Below the pieces are notes generated by a model that saw nothing but the letters and a program-made list of their open reading frames with translations, made no database searches and was not told the DNA's origin. Positions 19,536 to 29,435 of a DNA stretch of 64,000 nt are shown here, in pieces. A program made the position numbers and the translations under genes. Position 1 is the first letter of the stretch. Every line of letters starts with the position of its first letter. This stretch comes from a virus (lineage: Duplodnaviria > Caudoviricetes), in IMG/VR virus record IMGVR_UViG_3300033066_001528, positions 1-64,000 of that record, one strand, 5' to 3'.

Positions 19536-22500
19536 TTACTGTACGGACACCCGGAAGGTAACCCGGATGTAGAGGAGTGGGAACACCGGACGGTAAGCGG
19601 CGGTCACCAGGACAGCCGTTGGGTCATCCGGATCAAGGGCAACCGTGATTCCGCGGAAGGAGCTGATGATCTGCTCGGCAACAGCCCTCTTGAACATTTC
19701 GGACATCTGCCCCTCGATCTGGCCTAGAACACCAGCAAGGAACTTGATCCCCGTGAACCCACTCAACACATTTCTAACCCTACGGTGAATCTCATCGTCA
19801 ATTTGAATGACGGTAGGGATTCGAGTAAGGACATTGGTCATGTCCGAAGTGAGACCGTGACGAACGGAAAGGAATGGGAGGTTCTCAGTGAGAACCGTGA
19901 TTCCACTACTGGCTACCTGATTGGCCGTAACAGCATCCAATCTACGACCCAAACTAGAGAATCCAACAATGGAGATACCCTCCCACGGGGAAGCAGGATC
20001 CCGCGTGGTTGACGTTGTAGCTGCGGACAAGGCCGCAGCCATATACCTCCCATCCACAAGATAGCTGCGGGATGTCCCCAAAGCATCGGTCAAACGAATG
20101 GTGGCAATGTCTGGATAAACAAACCTCACCCGGGTAGATCCGATGGCCCTAGAAATCAGACCAGCTTGTCTAGGGCTTGTGCCAGAACCAAAGCCCATAA
20201 TTGCCGTACGCTCTGATCTGTACCGGATGCTCGATTGGATATCGCAGTGTCTTGCCACGGCTTTGGCAAGATTTTCGGTAGCCGGAGTCAAAAGGCACAA
20301 TACAGTCGGGTTGACGTTACCGGGAAGGGAATTCCCTGCAGCCGTGTCCAAAGCCTCAAGATATGAAGCCTCTGATGCTGCGCTAGAACCAGTTTGCTTT
20401 GGTACCTGCAAGGTTGCAATCACAGAGCTTCCATTCAAGAAGGCAACATGAGCCGCCAATGAGAGTGGATTATCCGGAGAGATGGTTCCGTACTCTGCTA
20501 CGACATCCTGTGGACGGGTCCACAACCTCGGAACAAAAGATCGCTTTCGGTAAGTGTAGGTGGCATAGTAGAACTCACCAATAGCGGGTTCCGGCCCGGT
20601 CTTCTTGAATGTTTCAACAAGAGCCGTATCCCCGGTAACCACGGAAGCCGTGTTGGTTACAAGAAGTTCCACTCCTGGAATGACCAAAGATGGAATGGTC
20701 CCATTAGTCACCATCGTCCTGGAGCATCGTAGGGAGAAGGTAGCCGTGGACCCCGTTGGGTAAGACAGACCACCCCCTCTTGGTAGAACCGTGAAAGTCA
20801 AACCTGTCACGTCATCCACATAAGTCTGACCAACAAACCCATCCTGACCAACACCACTGTTGAGCAGAGATGTATTAGCGGATCCAGATCCATTAGCAGG
20901 ATCCGAGGAGACAACAAAGAACCCGTTAATTGCGGCCCTACCCGAAGCCCCTGATCCAACGGAAGCTAAGAAAAGGGTACCCGTTGTAAGGGCGTCCGCT
21001 GCACTAGCCTCTTTGAATAGAATAGAGCTAGAGGAGCCAAGGGTCAAAGATTGAATCCGGAGATACGTGTTGTTTGTAGCATCCGTAAGCACGGAAGCAA
21101 TTGCTCGACCCGCAAAATAAGCGCTCGAAAGAGAGGATGGGTTGAGCATGAAAGTGGTGAAGCTGGCACTGGCATGGGACATCAATGTACTGGCCATCTG
21201 CCGAGCCGTCACCGGAGTAGCAACAACCGTCTCGTCGGAAGTAAAGCCTAGGATTGCGTTGGCAGAACCACGACCCATTACAAGGTTACTTGTAGGAGAG
21301 CTATTTGCGGCAACGAACCGAATACCGGCCCCCTCTTGCATGACGGTCAAAATTGTATTGACACCCTGGGCCACCATCGCGGCATTGATTTGGTGGAGGA
21401 TCGTGCCGGATGTCCCAATGAGACCCAAAGCTGTCGCGGTTCCCGTTGGGGTTGCCACGAAAGTAACGGTTAGTGGGCGACCGTTAACAGTCAAAGACAG
21501 CACATTGTTGGCTGGGTATCTTGGATCGGTTCCATCATAAAAAGTTACCCGCGGTTGAGCTCCGGTCTGCCCCCCGGACCAACCCACCACTCCCAGCAGA
21601 GTAGGTGATCGAACCACACCAACGGATGCTTCACCAAACACACCGGCTGGAAGACCGGCCTTGACAGCGCCTGATCCCCCAAGGGATCGGATTTCCGTCA
21701 AATCCATTGCTGCTTGGCTATAGATAGAACCGGAACCAGGGAATAGTCTGTTTCGGAGAATGATGCGGTCGTACGGGAGACGCCCCCCGGTTGTGGCAAC
21801 GGAAAAAGCCCGAGCTATCTCGCCCGCATATACTTTCGTTTGTGCCCCTTGAGCCGCAGGAGCGGTATCAATACCCGCCGGAATAGCAAAATCTTCAACC
21901 GGAGTAGCGTTAGAGATAAACTCCAAAACAGCGTTGGTATCAAAACCAGAAATAGTGAGGGAAAACTTCAGCTTTGCATCAGGTGTGGCCGAACAGGTAA
22001 CACTCCCAATCAAGCCCCCCATTCCGTTGATAGTAGCCAACTGTGTGTTGATTTCAGTAACCAAGTCACTGACGGACCCATAGGTTCCAACAGAGAGTGT
22101 GATTGCGCGATCCCCTGAAGCTCCAGCTACATTGCCGGTGTAATGTAGGATAAGAGTGTCCCCTACGTTGGTAGCGACGGTAAACCCGTTGGGGAAAGAA
22201 CCTGCGGAAACATAGTAGGGTTCATTACCTACCGCGGCTGAAGCCGTATTGATGGCAGTAACATAGTTGCTTACGGTTACCCCTGTACCCGGTGCAGCGG
22301 TAGCAGAGAGAACCACACCATCCACCAACAGGCTGACCACATCGTCAACACCCGTAGTGATATCATACGTTGTCTCTCCACTGTCCGGAGTATAAGTGAC
22401 AGTGTCTCCCACCAAAGAAGCAAAAGCACCTATTCTGGCGCCACCAGAGGGGCTGGCGAGATCAATACCCGCGGCTAAACCAGTCTGTTGATCGGATCCG

Positions 22501-24446
22501 TCAATGGTCACCCGAAGATGGTCCGAAGCACCGTCAATAAAATAATAGGGTGAAGGACCCGGGTTAACATAAACAGCCGGAGTTGCATCACTCGATGCGA
22601 ACTGTACGGTTACTGTTTCCTCTACCGGGGTACCACCCTCCACCCTAGCATCGGGATAGAATTCGGAACCCGATGGGAAGTTAAGAGGAATGGTAGTAAG
22701 AGCGGACCCCTTGCCCTGAAGAGTAACCCCATAGAGATTTCTCCCAACACCATCGGTGATTTGATAGGCGCCCACACTACCGGCACCCGGAATGACCGTT
22801 GTTAGCGTGTACCCAGAACTAGAGCCAACGAATGCCTGATCAACCAGCGTGTTGTAATAGTAGCTGGCATAAACCGTAGCCCCATCCGGAACAGCCGAAG
22901 CTAGGGTGATTTGTGACAAGTCAGGGTTAACGGAAGCAACAGTTACTGGCCCTCTAGCAAGGGCATCCTGAACCCCATATCCCCAATAGGCCGTTACCAG
23001 ACTTGGTTGGGTTGTGGGTAGGTCCATCCTACCATTGGATACTTGATTGTAAAGATCAGAACCCAAAGGATTGCCCCGACCATTTCCAGTCGTGGGTTGG
23101 TGTTCTAACTGGAACACCGTTTTACTTGCGACACTTACGGACGTAGAACTATCTACGGTAGGCTCGCAAGGGCTCATGAACACCTGATTGTCAATCAGGG
23201 AAGCGGATACCTGATTAGGCCCGAATGTCGCACCACCCGTGGTGTGGACACCCGCACTAACCAAGGCAGCGCTACCCCACAGGATCCTGTCATCCTTCAG
23301 AACGTAGCTAACACCATTCAAGTAGGTGCCCGCTAGCGAGGCGTCGGGAGTAATCCCGACGCTATTAATTGCGGTCACACCCGTGTTGGCAAGGTAATCA
23401 AAAGTATCCTGCCACGTATTCCACCAATACTGAATAGTTACGGTGGACCCAAGAGGAGGGGCCGTTGGGAGAGTAACCCTTCTGGTTGCACCATCTACGG
23501 CCGAGGCAGTAACGGACACACCATTTACCTTAACTACAACATCGGCTGGGTTAGTGGTTGTTAAACCGCCACCGTTCCCATTAACGATTGGTCCATTGAA
23601 AACGGTGAAAACTCTGTTCCTGGAAGTAGTAGCACCCGGGACAAATCCCAGCACCGAGTTGGCTGACCCAGTCCCAATGGTAATGGATCGGTCGGATGTG
23701 AGGCGCAAACGGGTTCGACCAAAGTTGTCCACAAAAGTAGAAGCAACCAGGGAGCCAATACCACTAGATCCGTTGATGATGGCCGCAATCACAGCCGCAG
23801 TGAAAGATGGGGCGGTCGAGGGCATGGTAAGAGAAATAAATGCCGACCCATCTACCGAGATGGAAAAAGAATCATTCACACCAGATGTGAATGAGAACGA
23901 TTGACCTATGGTCCCATCAATGATTGCAGCCGTAGGTGTTACTTGATCCGATACGTCATCCGTAGTGCGGGTATCCCCACGATCAAAGTAATAGGTACAC
24001 CGAACCGTATCCGAATTGGTAGGGGCCTGAGCGATTTCAACAATGCCTTTGGTTGCGTCAATGGAAAGAACAACAACGGGGAGGTCGTTGATCGTAACCG
24101 TAACACTTGCGGTATCCGAAGCCGGGATGGAAGACCCGGAACCATCCACCAGAGGGAAATTTCGCACTTGAAATTTTGTCAGCTCCCCGTCAAAAGGTCC
24201 AAGAGTCACAGACCCATCCGGATTAATCGACACTACGGCTCTAGAAGCCATGTCCTCTTCCGTAACAAGAGTGTCCATTGTGGAGGAGCTACCCCGAACA
24301 ATTGCGAGATTTGAACGGGTTAGGAGCTCTTGTCCCGTACCAATGTATAGGGGGATTCGATCCGGAAGGTTGGGGGGTACTTCTTCGTTTCCGAAAAAAG
24401 TTTCAGTGTAGACACCAGGGGGGACGGAACCATCGAGGAAAGCCAT
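19536..24446 (-). CDS. Contractile tail sheath protein with many inserted beta domains
   Basis: N-terminal PPGVYTET; C-terminal sheath core (SERTAIMG...VRHGLTSD...YRPVFPLLYIRVTF). Likely start MAFLDG. Confidence 0.88.
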   Translation of the reverse strand: MAFLDGSVPPGVYTETFFGNEEVPPNLPDRIPLYIGTGQELLTRSNLAIVRGSSSTMDTLVTEEDMASRAVVSINPDGSVTLGPFDGELTKFQVRNFPLVDGSGSSIPASDTASVTVTINDLPVVVLSIDATKGIVEIAQAPTNSDTVRCTYYFDRGDTRTTDDVSDQVTPTAAIIDGTIGQSFSFTSGVNDSFSISVDGSAFISLTMPSTAPSFTAAVIAAIINGSSGIGSLVASTFVDNFGRTRLRLTSDRSITIGTGSANSVLGFVPGATTSRNRVFTVFNGPIVNGNGGGLTTTNPADVVVKVNGVSVTASAVDGATRRVTLPTAPPLGSTVTIQYWWNTWQDTFDYLANTGVTAINSVGITPDASLAGTYLNGVSYVLKDDRILWGSAALVSAGVHTTGGATFGPNQVSASLIDNQVFMSPCEPTVDSSTSVSVASKTVFQLEHQPTTGNGRGNPLGSDLYNQVSNGRMDLPTTQPSLVTAYWGYGVQDALARGPVTVASVNPDLSQITLASAVPDGATVYASYYYNTLVDQAFVGSSSGYTLTTVIPGAGSVGAYQITDGVGRNLYGVTLQGKGSALTTIPLNFPSGSEFYPDARVEGGTPVEETVTVQFASSDATPAVYVNPGPSPYYFIDGASDHLRVTIDGSDQQTGLAAGIDLASPSGGARIGAFASLVGDTVTYTPDSGETTYDITTGVDDVVSLLVDGVVLSATAAPGTGVTVSNYVTAINTASAAVGNEPYYVSAGSFPNGFTVATNVGDTLILHYTGNVAGASGDRAITLSVGTYGSVSDLVTEINTQLATINGMGGLIGSVTCSATPDAKLKFSLTISGFDTNAVLEFISNATPVEDFAIPAGIDTAPAAQGAQTKVYAGEIARAFSVATTGGRLPYDRIILRNRLFPGSGSIYSQAAMDLTEIRSLGGSGAVKAGLPAGVFGEASVGVVRSPTLLGVVGWSGGQTGAQPRVTFYDGTDPRYPANNVLSLTVNGRPLTVTFVATPTGTATALGLIGTSGTILHQINAAMVAQGVNTILTVMQEGAGIRFVAANSSPTSNLVMGRGSANAILGFTSDETVVATPVTARQMASTLMSHASASFTTFMLNPSSLSSAYFAGRAIASVLTDATNNTYLRIQSLTLGSSSSILFKEASAADALTTGTLFLASVGSGASGRAAINGFFVVSSDPANGSGSANTSLLNSGVGQDGFVGQTYVDDVTGLTFTVLPRGGGLSYPTGSTATFSLRCSRTMVTNGTIPSLVIPGVELLVTNTASVVTGDTALVETFKKTGPEPAIGEFYYATYTYRKRSFVPRLWTRPQDVVAEYGTISPDNPLSLAAHVAFLNGSSVIATLQVPKQTGSSAASEASYLEALDTAAGNSLPGNVNPTVLCLLTPATENLAKAVARHCDIQSSIRYRSERTAIMGFGSGTSPRQAGLISRAIGSTRVRFVYPDIATIRLTDALGTSRSYLVDGRYMAAALSAATTSTTRDPASPWEGISIVGFSSLGRRLDAVTANQVASSGITVLTENLPFLSVRHGLTSDMTNVLTRIPTVIQIDDEIHRRVRNVLSGFTGIKFLAGVLGQIEGQMSEMFKRAVAEQIISSFRGITVALDPDDPTAVLVTAAYRPVFPLLYIRVTFRVSVQ

Positions 24447-24553
24447 TGTAGATCCAATCGCGGCAACCAAAGCTCAGTTTTAGAGCCACATCTAAAAAGA
24501 TGGGATAAGCACGGTAGGTGTTGCCTGTCGGATAGTAGAAGGGAAAAGGACAG

Positions 24554-24973
24554 TTATCGAGGAGGGGCAGCTTTCTTCAATACGTTGAAATGGAACTCTC
24601 TAGACCTTTCGGATTTTTCTCTTTCCTCACGGGTCATTACACGATATGACCCATCATGCGTTTTACTGAGGTCGCGGCCCTCGGCACCTGTTTGTTGTAA
24701 AATGTCAACTTTGTGGTTGTACCTGCGGCGAATCTCACCCCATTTTTGTTGACTGTACTCCCCAATTGCCCTGTCCGCATTGTGGTCCACACCAGAAAAC
24801 CCACTTACCTGAGCCGGACCATCAGGAGAAGCGGTCATACCCACTCTTACCCCTGTAGGCAAGCACCTATCTGCAGTAGCACCGCACGTACATTTAGCTT
24901 GAGTTGAACCCAACGCAACGCGGATATTGGTTTGGAGACCACATGATGAGCACTGAAAAAGATAAGTTGGCAT
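24554..24973 (-). CDS. FmdB-family zinc-ribbon protein
   Basis: MPTYLFQCSSCG...CTCG N-terminus. Confidence 0.7.
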   Translation of the reverse strand: MPTYLFQCSSCGLQTNIRVALGSTQAKCTCGATADRCLPTGVRVGMTASPDGPAQVSGFSGVDHNADRAIGEYSQQKWGEIRRRYNHKVDILQQTGAEGRDLSKTHDGSYRVMTREEREKSERSREFHFNVLKKAAPPR

Positions 24974-24974
24974 A

Positions 24975-26093
24975 CTATCGGATCATCTCGTGAGTATAAC
25001 GGGTTGAGAAGAATGGGTCCCGCAGGGGGGTTAGGGCCAAGTCAGAAGGAAGAGTGGATAGAGATTCCTCAAAACCAAGAATCTTAGGTACTAAGGGCAC
25101 CTGAAGGGACCAGTCCGTCTGAATGGACATAGACAAGGAAGCATTGTAAAAGTAATCATCGGCGTTCTCGTCATAAACCTCCTCGGACTCCCCACCAAAA
25201 GATACATCTTGGATATCAATACCCTGATCTATTACCTTAGGCCGCAGAGTAGCCCACAGAAACATTAGGGTCTGGTCCGCGATCTCCATTTGAGCATTCG
25301 GGTCCCTAGCTATAACGTCCATATCTACGGACATATCCCAGCGACCACCATACTCCAAGTAGGCATCTTCCCTGGTCTTAGTGACCACTACCGCAAATCT
25401 GTCCCCTTTGAAATACCTCCGACCAAAAACCATCACAACACCGGGAATGAACCGATTAAATGCCGTTTGTGGATTAACAGTCCAAGGACCGGAGGACTCC
25501 CCTGGATACCTGTAGTCAGCCGACAATGACAGCCCAGACTGAAGGGGAACGGTCAACCGAACGCTTTGCCCGTCCGATCCAATGGTATAATCCCTTCCCA
25601 GATGGAGGGGCCTACTTGAAGGCAACTCGTACAACCGCAAAGAGTTAGGGTATGGAACTCTCTCCAAGACACCCTCCGTCTGGGTTGTCATCATTACCCG
25701 CTCGTCTGTAACGTCTAAAAGTGGATCTATATGGAGCTGGTTACTTTCTGTCATTTCACAATAGTAGATCCCGGGGGGAGAGGGGAATACCCCACCATTA
25801 GCTTGAATGGCCAGAGAGTCCTCCCGAACCCACTCTAAAGATGTGCCAGCATAACCAGGAAGTAGTGCCGAAGTTACGTAACTCTGAACGGTACCCATGA
25901 AATTGTCGGATGAAAACTGCACCTTATTGGCGGAATTTACCTTGACAATAATCCCATATTGAGGCCGTTCGGTGAAAGCATATTTTCCCTGAATATTGTC
26001 CACTATATTCGGATATCTTGGGTGAGTAGCCCAATAGCTACGGAGTTCACCGATGATCTTACGTTTGAGAGCTTCGGACAAATAAAAATACAT
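24975..26093 (-). CDS. Putative tail terminator / neck protein
   Basis: Just upstream of sheath; C-terminal DMDVIARD...QTDW resembles tail-completion proteins. Confidence 0.55.
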   Translation of the reverse strand: MYFYLSEALKRKIIGELRSYWATHPRYPNIVDNIQGKYAFTERPQYGIIVKVNSANKVQFSSDNFMGTVQSYVTSALLPGYAGTSLEWVREDSLAIQANGGVFPSPPGIYYCEMTESNQLHIDPLLDVTDERVMMTTQTEGVLERVPYPNSLRLYELPSSRPLHLGRDYTIGSDGQSVRLTVPLQSGLSLSADYRYPGESSGPWTVNPQTAFNRFIPGVVMVFGRRYFKGDRFAVVVTKTREDAYLEYGGRWDMSVDMDVIARDPNAQMEIADQTLMFLWATLRPKVIDQGIDIQDVSFGGESEEVYDENADDYFYNASLSMSIQTDWSLQVPLVPKILGFEESLSTLPSDLALTPLRDPFFSTRYTHEMIR

Positions 26094-26096
26094 TTG

Positions 26097-26534
26097 TCAC
26101 CTGAGCTCAACCACATGAGAGGGCAACAAACTCCCACCCTGTCTAACAATTTGAATAAACTCATCTGGTGTGATGTATGGTTTTGGGATCCCACGGTGAC
26201 CCGCGCACACAATGTGAGATTTAACCTGATAGAGGTTGCCCCAACATGGCTCATCCGACCTACTGTGATATTGACAATGATAACTCACACCCAGCTCGAA
26301 TTCATCACTAAAATCAGGTGGCTCTCTGTACTCTAAATTAACCCCGCTCAGATCAACCGGGAGGAGTTCCGTTTTTGGCCTAGCGAAATTACACCCTATA
26401 GATTCGGCAAATAAATGATCCTCGCCTTCCCAGCTACCCTCCGCGTCAAGGAATTCTTGCGCTTGTTCAAGCGTGATCCCCATATTATGGGAAAAAGAAT
26501 TAGGTCGGAATCGTATCTCAAAGTCTGAGTTCAT
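26097..26534 (-). CDS. Hypothetical protein
   Basis: 145-aa ORF abutting both neighbours; Cys/His cluster. Confidence 0.5.
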   Translation of the reverse strand: MNSDFEIRFRPNSFSHNMGITLEQAQEFLDAEGSWEGEDHLFAESIGCNFARPKTELLPVDLSGVNLEYREPPDFSDEFELGVSYHCQYHSRSDEPCWGNLYQVKSHIVCAGHRGIPKPYITPDEFIQIVRQGGSLLPSHVVELR

Positions 26535-27542
26535 TTACTCATCCCCTTCCTGCATGGCCTGCACAAGCAACCCATGGGCAACGGCATTCATAGGGTCTCC
26601 CGCAGCCCGGATCTCACTAATATCCAGTGGGAACTTTTTGCGCTTCTTATCAAACAACTCGGTAAAGAATGGAAGGAACCCACCAGCCAGGGAGGTGCCA
26701 CCAGAGACAATCAGCGGAATAGCTTTAGGGAGAGAAAATCTCCCCTCGACCGCCTTGAATTGGGAAGCCAGATTGTCGATTACATACTCAATGAGATTCC
26801 GGTAGTAGAAGGTAAGAGCCTCCTGCTCACGGCCCTTGGGCGCGTTGAGGTCAATCCCCTTTTCCTTCAACGAACACAGTTTGGCCTGAGTGCTGCCAAT
26901 GGAAGTAGCTGCCCCCTTATCAATCCAGTCCCCCCCACGGGCGACACTGAAAGCAAACCCTTCAACGGTCCTTACGACGAGAGAGACATTCGTCATACCA
27001 CTACCAAAAGAAAGAGCAATACCGCTGAATCCATCCCTAGCAGCTTCGGAGTAGATGATGGCAGTTGCTTCGTTCCCCGCGTGGGGGGTATAACCACATC
27101 CAGCTACAAGGGTCTCCAGCACTCCCCTGTGGTAAACAACATCCTGACCCGGTCTGTCAACCGGAGCCGCTGGGACGCTGAAATAACAATGCTCTCCTGG
27201 AGCCACAGGATCCCCAAGCACATTCTTTAGAAGAAGACCCAGAACACCCATAGCATCCACATCGGATGAACTCACCAAACCGGCACTCAAAGGACGACGC
27301 ACTTCCCGACCGAAAACATTTGCCATGTCCATAGCGGCATCCCCCAATAATAGGAGGTCACCGTCCTTCTCCACATAGGAGACCCCGGACAATCGAAGCA
27401 TCTTCTTGGATTCAAGGGGAAGGTCTAGGAAAGCATCCCTTACCCTACGGGTATCAATCCCCTGAGAGGTTTTCCTAGCCGAAACAATATTCATTGTACC
27501 AGCATCAAGACCTGCCCCTGGAAACGTAGTTTTATCTGTCAC
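26535..27542 (-). CDS. Actin-like ATPase (MreB/ParM/MamK superfamily)
   Basis: Phosphate-1 GLDAGTMN, connect NEATA, phosphate-2 SFGSGMTN, adenosine VSGGTSL. Confidence 0.85.
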   Translation of the reverse strand: MTDKTTFPGAGLDAGTMNIVSARKTSQGIDTRRVRDAFLDLPLESKKMLRLSGVSYVEKDGDLLLLGDAAMDMANVFGREVRRPLSAGLVSSSDVDAMGVLGLLLKNVLGDPVAPGEHCYFSVPAAPVDRPGQDVVYHRGVLETLVAGCGYTPHAGNEATAIIYSEAARDGFSGIALSFGSGMTNVSLVVRTVEGFAFSVARGGDWIDKGAATSIGSTQAKLCSLKEKGIDLNAPKGREQEALTFYYRNLIEYVIDNLASQFKAVEGRFSLPKAIPLIVSGGTSLAGGFLPFFTELFDKKRKKFPLDISEIRAAGDPMNAVAHGLLVQAMQEGDE

Positions 27543-28111
27543 TTGCGTTTTTCCTTTTTAGAACGAAGCAAATTCATTGCTTCATCAATCGAACCACTGG
27601 AGGTTCCGGAAGTCGTTTGTACATTGACAGTACCCAGGTCTTTCGTCTCAATGGTTGGAATGAAGGTTGGAATATCCGTTCCAGAAACAGTGGGGAAGGA
27701 GGCATTCGTCTCCGGAGGGAGATTGGAACTCACGGGCCGCCTGGAAATCTCGGCCCGAAGAAATTTCAACTCTTCAAGTATTTGATGCAAAAAACCTAGA
27801 ACCGGAGCTAAATCTGTAGTGGGAACAGCCGTATTTCTAGTGGTTTCGGGTATGTGGGGGGCCATAGGGGACACTGCGGCCCTCGAAACGGCTCGGACAT
27901 TACCCGACGTTTCCGGAGGTTTCACGGTCAGGGTTTTAGGTAACACCACAGACACTAGACCCAATTTGCGAGCTTTTTGAAGGTCCAAAGATCCGATGAT
28001 TTTATCCATAGGCAATTTTGCGGACTCGCCCCGGCTAAGGATCAAACCCAAGTCCTCCAAAACTGCGCTATCCGACACGCAATAGATTTGCCCCTCATCA
28101 CTCATTTTCAA
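27539..28111 (-). CDS. Hypothetical protein
   Basis: Stop overlaps the actin-like start (GTGA). Confidence 0.6.
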   Translation of the reverse strand: MKMSDEGQIYCVSDSAVLEDLGLILSRGESAKLPMDKIIGSLDLQKARKLGLVSVVLPKTLTVKPPETSGNVRAVSRAAVSPMAPHIPETTRNTAVPTTDLAPVLGFLHQILEELKFLRAEISRRPVSSNLPPETNASFPTVSGTDIPTFIPTIETKDLGTVNVQTTSGTSSGSIDEAMNLLRSKKEKRK

Positions 28112-28565
28112 AAACTTTCCTCAGCATCTCCCCGGAATTTCTAGAAAGAAGTAATTTAGCGAATTCTACCCGGGCCCGATCAAAGGCTCGTCGGATGAAA
28201 GTGTGTTGCGCAATTTTAGGGTGGATCCAGGCTTTATCCGTTGTGAGGGGAGTTGAACGTATGACTACTTGGCCTTCTTTGGAGATCAAAGGTACCTTAT
28301 CCACACCCTGAGCTCTTGTGAGCCATTTCATGGGATAGGGGCCCTTAGTCCCTTGGACAATCAGGTCAATCCAAGGCCAGTTAGAGGTCACATCGACACC
28401 ATTTCCCACCACTCGATAAGAGAAGGACTCATAAAAGTCCTTGCTTGTAGGAATGAATGAGCTTTTGGATGCGTCCTTTTTTGCTTCCTCTACAACGAAT
28501 CGAACCAAAAGCTTGCCAAAGTGACGGAGGTCATTACGGCCGATTTTGAGAGTTTCCTTGTCCAC
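28098..28565 (-). CDS. Putative neck / tail-completion protein
   Basis: WIHPKIAQHTFIRRA C-terminal motif resembles HK97 gp10-like proteins; morphogenesis context. Confidence 0.5.
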   Translation of the reverse strand: MDKETLKIGRNDLRHFGKLLVRFVVEEAKKDASKSSFIPTSKDFYESFSYRVVGNGVDVTSNWPWIDLIVQGTKGPYPMKWLTRAQGVDKVPLISKEGQVVIRSTPLTTDKAWIHPKIAQHTFIRRAFDRARVEFAKLLLSRNSGEMLRKVFENE

Positions 28566-28589
28566 ACCCCACCAAAAACAAAAGACATC

Positions 28590-29204
28590 TTATCCAGGCG
28601 TATTTCCCTGACGACGGATTTCAGAGATGATAGCAAAATCATCCGGTGATTCAACCCCATTTTGTAATTGTCTATTATGCTCAAGAACTGCCTTGTACAT
28701 GAGATCCGGATCAGGGAGTGTAAGGGCATGAGCCGCCGGTAGGGGGACACGATTAACCTTAAGGTTGTTTTTTTCGGACATAGTCAAAGTGGCGGCCGTG
28801 CCCTGGGTAGGGGAGTTTGGATCAACAAAACCTAGGACTTCTACCGTAAGGCCCTTACGGGCAAATTTAGCTGCATGTTCAACTAGAACCGAGTCTCGAA
28901 ACAGAAACCACTCTTTCCATTTCCAATGAGGATCCATACCGGAAGGTGGATCCCGTCTACCTTTACACCAGGAGCGAACGGTACCGTTCGACACATTGAT
29001 ATTACCAGATTGATGATAGGAGTACCAAGGCATCCCCAGGTCATTAGCGATGTGCAAGGACCATCGATCCGGACCCTCTGCGTAACCTGTCATCAAAACA
29101 TCGGTTGGGGAAAATATCGAGCGGAGTGTTTGACACACCCAGGACTCACCCCACGGGGTGTCGGCTAATGAACGAGACCCGGAAACCACGTAGATAGTAG
29201 GCAT
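28590..29204 (-). CDS. SLOG-superfamily (YspA/DUF2493-like) protein
   Basis: VVSGSRS...LMTGYAEGPD...RD..LV...S.TQGT motifs. Confidence 0.7.
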   Translation of the reverse strand: MPTIYVVSGSRSLADTPWGESWVCQTLRSIFSPTDVLMTGYAEGPDRWSLHIANDLGMPWYSYHQSGNINVSNGTVRSWCKGRRDPPSGMDPHWKWKEWFLFRDSVLVEHAAKFARKGLTVEVLGFVDPNSPTQGTAATLTMSEKNNLKVNRVPLPAAHALTLPDPDLMYKAVLEHNRQLQNGVESPDDFAIISEIRRQGNTPG

Positions 29205-29229
29205 ACCCACTTTACGCAGAGGGTAGAAA

Positions 29230-29427
29230 TCAACGGGCCACGCGACGGACCATAGTCAAATATTTTGACTGGGTAACATAGTGCGCTTCCCGATAAAACT
29301 TCTCAAGGTCGTACAGGACTACTTTCTCTCCCCGACGATTGAGCATAACGGGTAAATTTCCTTTTCTTACCGAAACAGGAAGCCCCCCGTATTCAAAGTA
29401 ACCCACTAAACTTGCTTCTTTCTCCAT
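29230..29427 (-). CDS. Small hypothetical protein downstream of the RelA/SpoT-like gene
   Basis: GAGGTG Shine-Dalgarno before ATG 29427 (MEKEASLVGYFEY). Confidence 0.55.
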   Translation of the reverse strand: MEKEASLVGYFEYGGLPVSVRKGNLPVMLNRRGEKVVLYDLEKFYREAHYVTQSKYLTMVRRVAR

Positions 29428-29435
29428 AATTTCTA

